NCBI RefSeq assembly: GCF_006345805.1
Contig: NC_042997.1
Span: 15,252,001-15,316,000 of the forward strand
DNA: 64,000 nucleotides
Direction: 5' to 3'
From: Octopus sinensis
Taxonomy: Eukaryota
The notes beneath the pieces were generated by a model. That model saw nothing but the letters and a program-made list of their open reading frames with translations. It was not told where the DNA came from and ran no database searches. A program made the position numbers and the translations under genes. Positions 27,460 through 39,400 of this stretch are shown here, piece by piece (position 1 is the stretch's first letter; each line of letters begins with the position of its first letter).

Positions 27460-30400
27460 TCATCATCATCATCATTGTTGTCATCATTTAATATCCACTT
27501 TCCATGCTGGCATGGGTTGGACAGTTTGAGTGAGGACTGGCAAGCGAGGAGGCTGCACCTGGTTTCTACAGCTGGATGCCCTTCCTAATGCCAACCACTC
27601 TGAGAATGTAGTTCTCAGGGATATTTAGCACGACACACAATGTGACAAAGCTGGCCCTTTGAATTACAAGTACAACTCATTTTTGCCTACTGAGTGAACT
27701 GGAGCAACAAGAAATAAAGTATCTTGCTCAAGGACGCAATGTGCCTCCAGTAATTCAACTCATGACCTTATTATAGTGAACTGAATACTCTTAACCACTG
27801 AGCCTTGACAGTTCTGTTTCTGTTTTTTTTTTTTTTGTATTTTGTTTTTTCTGTGCATAGCGTACCTGGAACTACACTAATCAGTGTATTCTCCCAATTT
27901 TTTTTCTTTTTGCAAGATGAAAAAGTACAAAATGAGGGATGTTTAACTGTTGTTTCTAGCAGGTTTAGCAACTGTATAAAGACATCCTCATTGGGTCATG
28001 GAGGGCGCTGTCACTGTAATATCAGCTTCAACAACAAAAACTTTTAGGCCACTTAACCAGAAACTCAACATATTACCTGTTCATTTCTCGTAAAATGATT
28101 GTTTCTTATTCATGTTTATTCTTGTAGGGGCTGACATTATAATGCAATTAGATGATGTTGTATCCAGTTTGGTAAGTGGGCCAAGAGTGGAAGAAGCCAT
28201 GCATAGGTATAATCTTTGTTATTCTAATTATCTTTATTCCTTAATCTAATTAGTGTATTTGTTACTGCTATGAGGCTAAGGTTTTGAGCTACAGACTTAG
28301 ATGGTTAAGAGCTTAGTTAAAGTTAGATTACACTATTGTGTTAATGATTAGCCCCAGGTCAACTTAAGCTTGAACAGACTTAGGATCAAAGGCATTCCTG
28401 CTACGATCATCTCATTTTTTTTTTTTTACCTTGTGGAGATGTAGTTAGGGGTGTATCTAATGTGTGTCCTTACCTTTTTAAGATGATGGAATATAATCTG
28501 CAGGAGATTTGGTTGTTATTTCTAGCAGGCTGTTTGACCTCACAGAGGCTCTCTCGTTGGCTCATTGTGTTTTATATTTCGGTGACACATGCAACTCTCA
28601 GAAAGGCTGAGGACGCTCGATCTTTATTCTCTTGAAAAATGCCGCCGCCGTGGTGATCTCATTCTCGCCCACAACATCATAAGCGGAAAGTGTAACCTCT
28701 CGAAAGAGCTGTTCTTCACTCCTATTCCAGAGCGTCGGCTGCGGGGTCATTCTGAAAAGCTCTACCTGCGACGATTTCATCTCAATCGAAGGAGAGGAGC
28801 TTTCTCCGTCCGGGTTGCGGATCCGTGGAACAAGCTGCCAGACGAGATGGTGAAGATGCTGACGACCGCTTTGTTCAAAGCCTCCCTTGACCTCAAGTGG
28901 CCTGAACTCTTTACATGAACACCACCCTGTACTTGACTCTATGTCCCCTTACATGGCCTTGCTATTTGCTTTTGAGCCAAATTAACTAACTAACTTAAGT
29001 CCAGCAAATAAGTAAGAGTGAAACCTGTTAAATGATCAACAGCATTGAAAGAATTTCCACTTGTAAAAACTATTGTTCCAGCACTGTAAAAATGTTGAAA
29101 TATAGAAAAGAAAACCCCTTTCATTCTTGCTGACAAAAATGGGTTCAAATTTATTTTGTTCCAATTCATATAGGCGCAGGAGTGGCTGTGTGGTAAGTAG
29201 CTTGCTAACCAACCACATGGTTCCGGGTTCAGTCCCACTGCGTGGCATCTTGGGCAAGTGTCTTCTGCTATAGCCCCGGGCCGACCAATGCCTTGTGAGT
29301 GGATTTGGTAGACGGAAACTGAAAGAAGCCTGTTGTATATATGTATATATATATATGTGTGTGTGTGTGTTTGTCCCCCTAGCATTGTTTGACAACCGAT
29401 GCTGGTGTGTTTACGTCCCCGTAACATAGCAGTTCGGCAAAAGAGACCGATAGAATAAGTATTGGGCTTACAAAGAATAAGTCCTGGGGTCGATTTGCTC
29501 GACTAAAGGCGGTGCTCCAGCATGGCCGCAGTCAAATGACTGAAACAAGTAAAAGAGTATACATTTTGCACTGAGTTTCTTTTTCATATTTGTTGAATAT
29601 GTAACAAACATTGAATGCGAGCAAATATGTGAAATTCTGAGAAGTAACTGAGTGAATCATGAACTTCTAACAAATATAAAAAGAGTAAAGGTTAAGGACC
29701 CCCTTCAGTCATGACTGACCATGGGATTGCACCAAGAAAGTTACCCTCCAAGGTACAAATCCAGGCAAGGTTGTTTATGGAAGCCCAGCAGTTGCCCATG
29801 CATACTAGCCTCCCCTCTCCACGCCACCGATATTATCCAAGGGAAAAACAAAGGCCAATACAGCTTGGCATCAGTGACATCACAACTCATTTCTACAGCT
29901 GAGTGAACTGGAGCAACGTGAAATAAAGTGTCTTGCTCAAGAAAACAACACACAGCCTAGTCTGGAAATCAAACTCTCTACCTCATGATTGTGAGTCCGT
30001 TGCTCTAACCACTGAGCTATGTGCCTTCACACAAGTATACAAATATATATGATACTGGTGTATAACTTTGAATCAATAGCGTTATGCATAATGAAAGTTG
30101 AATATCCTCTGGCTGGTGTACTTGTGCAAAAAAGATATTTCCCACAAAAAAATCTATCACATGTTTTTCATAAATGTGTAAACTAGACCAAGTGCAAGTG
30201 TGGCTGTGTGGTAAGCTTGCTTTTAGTCATGTAGCTTTGAGCCCAGTCTTGCTGTGTAGCATCTTGGGTGAGTAGCTTTTACTGTAGGCCCAGATTGACC
30301 AAACACTTGTGAGTAGATTTGGTGGATGGAAACTGAGAGAAGTCCATTATGTGTGTGTGTGTCCTTGTCTTGAAATTACATGATGGTTCTAAATGAGCAT

Positions 30401-33400
30401 CACTGTCATACAAGCAATGCCAGTTGTTTCCAGTCTCCATGAAAAACATGTCTGGTCATAAGAAACTCTTACTTTGCTTGGAAACTAATGATTATTGGCA
30501 GTATGAAGGGTATCAGGCCATAGGAAATCTGCTTCAACAAATTCCATCTGACCCATGCAAGCATGGAAAAATATACGTTAAAACTATGATGACTGGTCAT
30601 AGAGAATTATGTAATCCTACTCAGAGTCTAAAATTACCTGCAGAAAGGATATAAAGCTCTATAACTTGGGAAATGATAGCCCAGTCATTTATTTCTTCTG
30701 TAAATAGGCATAGGAGTGGCTGTGTGGTAAGTAGCTTGTTTACCAACCACATGGTTCCGGATTCAGTCCCACTGTGTGGCACCTTGGGCGAGCGTCTTCT
30801 ACTATAGCCTCGGGCCGACCAAAGCCTTGTGAGTGGATTTGGTAGGCAGAAACTGTATATATATGTATGTACGTGTGTGTGTATATGTTTGTGTATGTGT
30901 TTGTCCCCCCAACATCGCTTGACAACCGATGCTGGTGTGTTTACGTCCCCATAATTTAGCGGTTCGGCAAAAAGAGACCGATAGAATAAGTACTAGGCTT
31001 ACAAAGAATAAGTCCTTGGGTCGATTTGCTCGACTAAAGGCAGTGCTCCAGCATGGGCACAGTCAAATGACTGAAACAAGTAAAAAAGTAAACTAAGAAT
31101 TTGATAATTTTTTTTCATTGCAGAACAGTTCGTTGGCTTGACCGGTGTCTCAAAGCTCACAGCCGACCACATGACCAAAATCTTTTTCCAATAGTTCAAG
31201 GTGGACTCAATGCTAATCTTCGACGTCAGTGTGCTGAAGGTAGAGTGCATAACTTGTTTACTTTTATTCTTTTACTGATTTTAGTTGTTGGAATCAGGCC
31301 ATGCTTCGAAAGTATTGCCAATTGTATAAAAAACAATATTCGATAATGCCACCAAGGATATTTGGGAAAGGTAAAGTCAACCTTGGTGAAATTTGAATTC
31401 AGAATGTAACCAAACAATACCACAATATATTTTGTCTGATGCTCTGCTAATTCTACCATATTTGCTGAGTTTGTTTCTTTGTTTATGTATAAAGTTTTTG
31501 TGTAATGTTTAGAGCAAGCATTACCATATTTCTCTCTCTTTTACTTGTTTCAGTCATTTGACTGCGGCCATGCTGGAGCACCGCCTTTAATCGAGCAACT
31601 CGACCCCGGGACTTATTCTTTTGTAAGCCCAGTACTTATTCTATCGGTCTCTTTTGCCGATCCGCAAAGTAACGGGGACATAAACACACCAGCATCGGTT
31701 GTCAAGCAATGCTAGGGGGACAAACACAGACACACAAACACACACGCATATATATACATATATACGACGGGCTTCTTTCAGTTTCCGTCTACCAAATCCA
31801 CTCACAAGGCATTGGTTGGCCCGAGGCTATAGTAGAAGACACTTGCCCAAAGTGCCACGCAGTGGGACTGAACCCGGAACCATGTGGTTGGTAAACAATC
31901 TACTTACCACACAGCCACTCTGCTTTATTTCCCTTTATTTTAAAAATAATGAAGAATTTAGTAAAATGAATGTGTCATTATTAAGCTAGTTTTTGGAATT
32001 AATATTCAGTTAATAATTAGAATATTTTTTTTTTACCAAAGTTGGTCATTTAGATATTAAGTATTATAATCATGATTGTTGTTAACGAATAAAAATGTCT
32101 TGGCTTACTGCATTGAGTATGTCAGTGCTTGGCCAATCTGTATTTCTGTGAGAAAGAATGACAAGGGAGTGTCTGTAACTAGTTTTAGAACAAATATCTC
32201 AAAGGACTCTGTTCAAAAAGCATCAGTTTGTCAGTTTTCCAACCAATGTTTATGTCCTTTCACAATATACATCAACAAAAGATCTCTCTCTCTCTCTCTT
32301 TCTCTCCTGCACTCTCATATGGGCTTCTACATAGTTCCTGTGTACCAAATTCTACTCAAAAATTATCGATCAATCATCTAACATAATGGTACAAGACACT
32401 TGCTTAGGGTGCTATGTTGTGGGACTGAACCTAGAACACATGGTTGTGAAAAAAACTTCTTGACCCCGCAACTCTATCTGCACCCATATTTACTGCTAGA
32501 AACATTAAACAGCAAAACAGCAATAATTATGCAGTGAGGCAAACTATCACATGGGTGTGTGGTTAAAGAGATTGCTTTGCAACCACATGGTTTTGGGTTC
32601 AGTTTCACTGCATGACACCTTGAGCACATGTCTTCTACTGTAGCCCTGGGCCAACCAAAGCCTTGTGGATAGACTGGGTAGATCTGAGGACATGTAAAGG
32701 CTTGAAAGAAATGAAGCTAGCATGCTTCGCTGGATGTGCAGTGTCAGTGTAGATGTACAACAAAGTAAGTTTTCTTGAGAGAAAAGTTGGGCATAAGAAG
32801 CATCAGATGGTATTGTCATGTGATGCATATGGACAAGGACAACTGTGTAAAGAAATGTTGATCTCAAACTGCGGATGGAACCTGTGGAAGAGGTAGACCC
32901 AGGAAGACATGGGGCAAGGTGGTGAAGCATGATCATTGAATGTTGGGCCTTATGAAAGCAATGATTAGCGATGAAGGCAGCAAGCTGGCAGAAACATTAG
33001 CATGCTGGGTGAAATGCTGAGTTGTATTTCGTCTGTCCTTAGGTTCTGAGTTCAAATTTCGCTGAGGTCGACTTTGCCTTTCATCCTTTCAGGGTCGATA
33101 AATTAAGTACCAGTTACGCACTGGGGTCGATGTAATCAACTTAATCCCTTTGTCTGTCCTTGTTTGTCCCCTCTATGTTTAGCCCCTTGTGGATAATAAA
33201 GAAATAGGAAGCAATGATTAGTGACCAAGACCTCTGGCGACATGCTGTGCTTGAGAAGACCTGTCAAGCCAAGTGCAATCGTTGTTGTGGTTGATCCCAG
33301 TATCATGCAACTGGTACCCATGCTGGTGGCATGTAAGAAGCACCTTTTGAGCATTAGGTCTCATGGATGCAATGACAAATGACCAAGACCTTTTGCAAAA

Positions 33401-36400
33401 TGCTATGCTTGAGAAGACCCATCAAGCAAAGTGATATTATAGTCATGGCAGATACTGGTGGCATGTAAAAGCACTCATTACAGTCTTGGAGTGGTTGGTG
33501 TTAGGAAAAGAATCTAGCTGCAGATATCATGTCAAATCAGACTGGAGTCTGGTGCAGCCCCTCAGCTTACTAGCCCTCTTCAAACCGTTCAACCCATGCC
33601 AGCATGGACAATGGATGTTAAATGATGATGTGTGTTTGTGTCTTCTTGTTTTGACATTGAATCATCATCATTTAACATCCGCTTTCCATGCTAGCATGGG
33701 TTGGACGATTTGACTGAGGACTGGTGAACCAGATGGCTGCAGCAGGCTCCAATCTTGATCTGGGAGAGTTTCTACAACTGGATGCCCTTCCTAATGCCAA
33801 TCACTCCGAGAGTGTAGTGGGTGCTTTTATATGCCACTGGCATGGGGGCCAGTCAGGCAGTACTGGCAACGACCTCGCTCGAATCTTTTACACATGCCAC
33901 CGGCACAGGTGCCAGTAAGTCGATGCTGGTAACGATCATGCTTGAATGATAATTGTAAATGAGAGTCACTACTATACAAGAGGTGTCATTTATTTCCAAT
34001 ATTCTGGAAAAACATGCCATGGAAAAATATTACTTTGCTAGGAAAAAGGTGAAGGTTGTTGACAGGAAGGGCATCCAACCATTGAAAATCTGTTTCAATA
34101 AACACTGTTTTACCTATACATGCATGGAAAAATGGACATTAAGAGATGATGATCTGAAAATCATATTGATCAGTAACGTTTAATATTTGATTTATTCTGG
34201 ATTTGTTTCAGTCTTATAAAACCTCTGCACCAAAGCATTAACTCACTGTACTTAACTATTGTTATCCATACAGATGGCATCTCTGAATATTAGTTGTACT
34301 TAGAATGGATTAACAGATGCTGCATAACTGGACACATCCCAAATTAGTTGTACTAGTTTAGTCACTCTAATAAACAAAACCAATGGATAGTATTTACATT
34401 ATTTACATTTGACGGATATTTGTCCTCATCTTCTATGTTGTTAACACAACGTTTTGATTGATATACCCTCTAGCTTTCATCAGGTGTCTTGAGGGGAGAA
34501 ATTTCAAACCTGGCATAGTGGTTAAGAGTGCAGGCTACTAACCTCAAGATTCTGAGTTCAATTTCAAGCAGTGACCTGAATGATAATAATAATAATAATA
34601 ATAATAACAACAGCAACAACAACAACAATATCGCAAAATACCTTAGGAATGAGAACCCAGGTTTGAAATTTCCCCAAGACACCTGATGAAGGCTGGAGGG
34701 TATAGCACCCAAAACGTGTTAATAACAAACAAGATGAGAACAAATATCCATCAAATGTAAATAATGTAAATAGTTCCTCATCTCTTAAATATAGAACTGC
34801 AAAACCAATGGATATTTAGCTTTTTTTATTGAATAACATTTCGATAATTTTAGAATTGGTAAAAAGGGATGTTCCTGGCTTTGCCATTGGTGGATTAAGT
34901 GGAGGAGAAGAAAAACATGCTTTCTGGAAGATGGTTACCTTATCCACAGATGTTTTACCAAAGGAAAAACCAAGATATCTTATGGGTGTTGGGTAAGTTC
35001 CTTTTAGATTATTCATTTATTGTTGTTTTTGTTTGCGACTGTTCCTGGTTGTATAAAACAAACTTCCTGTTTAAAGTGATATAACTCTGATATCACATTC
35101 ATAATTTCTTAAAACATTTGCTTCCTTTCTGTGGTCACAAAATACTTCAGATCTTTTCTGTGTTGGACCCTCTAGAATTCCCTTCCCATCCATGCTTTTT
35201 CTAGAAATGTCAGTTCTTAAAAGTTCAGTTGACAATCAACTGCATTGATCTCACCAGTCTGGAATGTACAGGGGTTGGACAAAACAATAGAAACACCTAG
35301 CATCATGGTCTCATAATTTTGAAATATGGCTGGACTGGCTGGACTGGCTTCTGTGCCGGTGGCACATAAAAAGCACCATCCGAACATTGCCGATGCCAGT
35401 GCCGCCTTGGCTGGCTTCCGTGCCGGTGGCACGTTAAAAGCACCAACTGATCGTGGCCGATGCCAGACCCCCCTGGCACCTGTGCAGGTGGCACGTAAAA
35501 AGCACCCACTACACTCGCGGTGTGGTTGGCGTTAGGAAGGACATCCAGCTGTAGAAACACTGCCAGATCAGACTGGAGCCTGGTGCAGCCCCTGGCTTCC
35601 CAAACCCCGGTCGAACTGTCCAAGCTGTGCTAGCGCGGAAAACAGACGTTAAACGATGATGATGAGGATATAAAACCATCAAAAGCTTGTTTATTTTTAT
35701 GTTTTTTGATCTATTATTAGTGTTGCTTAATATGTTTTGCTAAAATTGCTGTTTCTTTTCAGATATCATCAGAAAAAGGTAATCAAAATTCATTAAAATG
35801 ACTGATCTATCAGACTTTCAAAGAGATCAAATTGTTGGTGCTTCTATGACAGGTGCTAGCATTACGTAAACAGCTGAAATGTTTGATGTATAAAGAAGTA
35901 CTGTCTTGAAAGTAATGACAGCCTTTGAGAAAGAGAGAAAAACCTCCTCGTCGAAACAAAACTTTTGTATAGGGACTGTCAGACTCTAACGTGAATTGTT
36001 AGAAAGGATCACAAAAGTATAGCTCCCAAAATTACTGCAGAGCTTAATGACCACCTCGAAACCACAGTTTCCACAAAAACTGTTCAGCAGGAGTTGCACA
36101 AAGCCAGATTTCATGGGAGGGCTGCAGTCCAGAAAACCACTACTTTCAAAAACAAGCATTGCAAAGCATTTAGAGTGGTGTAAAAACCTACAGAATTGGT
36201 CCCTAGAGCAATGGAAGGATGTTATTTTCTCGAACAAGTCATCCTTTATCTATTTCCGACCACCAGCTGAGTATACGTGTGGAGACAACCAAAAGAATCA
36301 TTTGACCCAAACTGCCTTCTTTCAACTGTTAAACATGGAGGAGGATGTGATGATCTGGTGGGGTTATATCTTGGAAATCTGCTGGCCCAATGGTTTCCCT

Positions 36401-39400
36401 TCATGGCAGAATTAATAGTCAAGACTATTTAAGTATTTTATCTGATCAAATTCATCCTATGGTTGCGGAACTGTTTCCAGAGGGAAACGTAACCTTTCAG
36501 GATGATAATGCCCCAATTCACACAGCTAAAGTTGTTACTGAATGGCATGAGGAACATTCTAGTGAAGTTGAACATCTTATCTTGCCATCACAGTCTCCAG
36601 ATCTCAATATTATTGAACATTTATGGTGCATTTTAGGAAAACAAGTGAGGAGTCAATATGCTCCACCATCATTACTTCAAGAACTAGAGACTGTTTTAGC
36701 TGAAGAATGGACAAAAATTCCTTTGGAAACAATTCAAACTTTGTACGAGTCCATACCTCATAGAATCCAAGCTATAATTACTGCCAAAGGTGGTTGTACC
36801 CCATATTAAAATAAATTTGTTTGAAATTTTAAGGTGCATCAGGCTCCAATCTTGATCTATCTAGCAGAGTTTCTACAGCTTGATGTCCTTCCTAACGCCA
36901 ACCATTCCGAGAGTGTAGTGGGTGCTTTTACGTGCCACCGGCACGAGGGCCAGTCGGACGGTACTGGCAACAGCCATGCTCAAATGTGTTTTTTATGTGC
37001 CACCTGCACAGGAGCCAGTCCAGCGACATCATTGGTATCAAAAGGGTTAAACCATTCTTATTTTTATTGAAAATAGATGAAAATAAAAAACCTTTACAAT
37101 ATATGTATTATTAGTATTAAATCCATAATTGTAAGCTGTATCTTCTCTTTAGGTTTCCTGAAGATTTAGTGGTGTGTGCTGCTCTTGGATGTGACATGTT
37201 TGATTGTGTTTTCCCAACACGGACAGCAGTAAGTTAATGTTTTACTTTATTCCTTTCATTCTTACCCATGATGCAAGTATATTTTAAACCAGGTTTCCTC
37301 TTTGAGGACATCCCAAATGATGTTTTTTTCCCCTCTCTTCACCAGTCTCAGATCCCTGCCAAAAACATCACAAATGCTGCTCTATATCCATTGACCAGAA
37401 CCATAAATAATGATAATTTTTCTCCATAGCACAACAATAAACAGATTAACCAAATTTAGCATATGCTTTCTTATATATTGATATATCTTTACACATGCTT
37501 AGTGAAAATATTGTACTATAGAGCCAAATGTGTGCTTTAAGTGCAGCATTTTTCAACCATTTTTTTACTTGTGGATTTCTTTGGTTCCTCTCTTACTAAG
37601 ATGGACCCTTCTAACCATTCAATGTAAAAAAAACTCCTATTATATTTTTGACCGGGACCTCTGGAAATATGCTGTGCTTGAGAAGACTTGGCAGGCACAA
37701 GTGAGACCATAACCTTGTGGGCTATGCCAGGGGTGTAACCAGCCCACTTATGCATGCCTTTCCTTCATTGGACACTAAATTCTGCTTGCGAAGACCTGTT
37801 GAGGCAAGTGAAATCGAAATCAAATTCGATGACTGGCATCCATGCTAGTGGAGCGCTAAGAGTACCATGCGAGTGAGATCGTTGCCAGAACAACAAACTG
37901 GCCTCCGTGCCAATGGCACATTAAAAACACCATTCGAGCGTGATCGTTAACTGCATCGCCTTACTAGCACTTGTGCTGGTGACACGTGAAAAAACATTTG
38001 AGCGAGGTCGTTGCCAGTGCCACTGGACTGGCTCCTGTGCAGGTGGCACATAAAAAGCACCATTTGAGCATGGCCGCTGCCAGTACCGCCTGACTGGCCC
38101 TCGTGCCAGTGACACGTAAAAGCACCCACTACACTCTCAGAGTGGTTGGCGTTAGGAAGGGCATCCAGCTGTAGAAACTCTGCCAGATGAGATTGGAGTC
38201 TGGTGCAGCCATCTGGTTCGCCAGACCTCAGTCAAATCGTCCAACCCATGCTAGCATGGAAAGCAGACATTAAAACGATGATGAATTAAATATTGTTAGG
38301 AATAGTCTAAAAACAATTGTTAAAATATTTTGTGCATTGTAGAAGTATAACCTATTTATTGCAGATAAATTTCAACAAAATCTTATATGGGCCCTGGTTG
38401 AGAACCGAATCTGTCACATGATGTTTCCATTATGCCCTTATTGCTTAAGGAAAAGAGGAACATCACTTTTTGTATGTCTGATCCTCCAAAATACAAGGCT
38501 TTTGTGTTTCATCAAAAATGAAATTAATTATATCTGTTTATTGAAATGTTGCTACACACTATAAAAACTTTAATTTCAAATTGTGTACTTCAAGCTATTC
38601 CAATGGGAGTTTAATTCATTAAAACAAGTTAATGAAACATTTGTTAATTATACATATTTGAACTGTGCAGTCCATGCCATTATCCACTGTTACATGGATT
38701 GGATCAATGTTATAGACGTATTGGTAAAAGTATGAACAGCACCACAACCCATCAGCTAGCTGCAGTTTTATTGTTTAATTTATCAGGTTTTAACTAGAAA
38801 TGATTCTCCCACTAAAGACGTGTATTTCTAATATTTTCTCAATAAAATTATATATTTTATACAAAGTTTTCTATGAAATCTATTCATGAATTTTTACACT
38901 TTTAGCGTTTTGGTACTGCGCTGGTGCCAACTGGCCAGTTAAATTTGAAGAATAACAAGTTTGCCACAGATTTCCGTCCAATCGATGAAAACTGTCCATG
39001 CAGCACCTGTAAGGAATATAAATACACTCGGGCTTATTTACACACTATAGTTACTTATGAATCGGTCGCATGCCAGCTTTTAACAATACATAACATTGCG
39101 TATCAGGTATGTTGGTTCAATGTATTTTTTAAAACTTCAAATTCCTAAATTTGTATTATTTGTTCTTACTTATTACTTAAGCCCTTCATTTCCTATTGGA
39201 GCATAGACTATCAACAACTTCTCTTCACTGTTCTCAACACTGATTTGTCTTTTCTACTTCTCTTTAGTTGGATTCCTGCTTTGTTACTTCTGTGGCTTTG
39301 CAGCTTCCTGTTGGAAGACTGTCCTCTCCCAGATCTTGTTGGTTTTGAATTGTCTTCAATTCTCCTGTAATGTTGCTTCTTTGCTTCATATGAGCGTTGG

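Noticed and set aside
28990-29427. Recurrent ORFs such as [12 protein letters not shown]...GLNPEPCGW
   Set aside because: Antisense reading of SINE family A; not genes.
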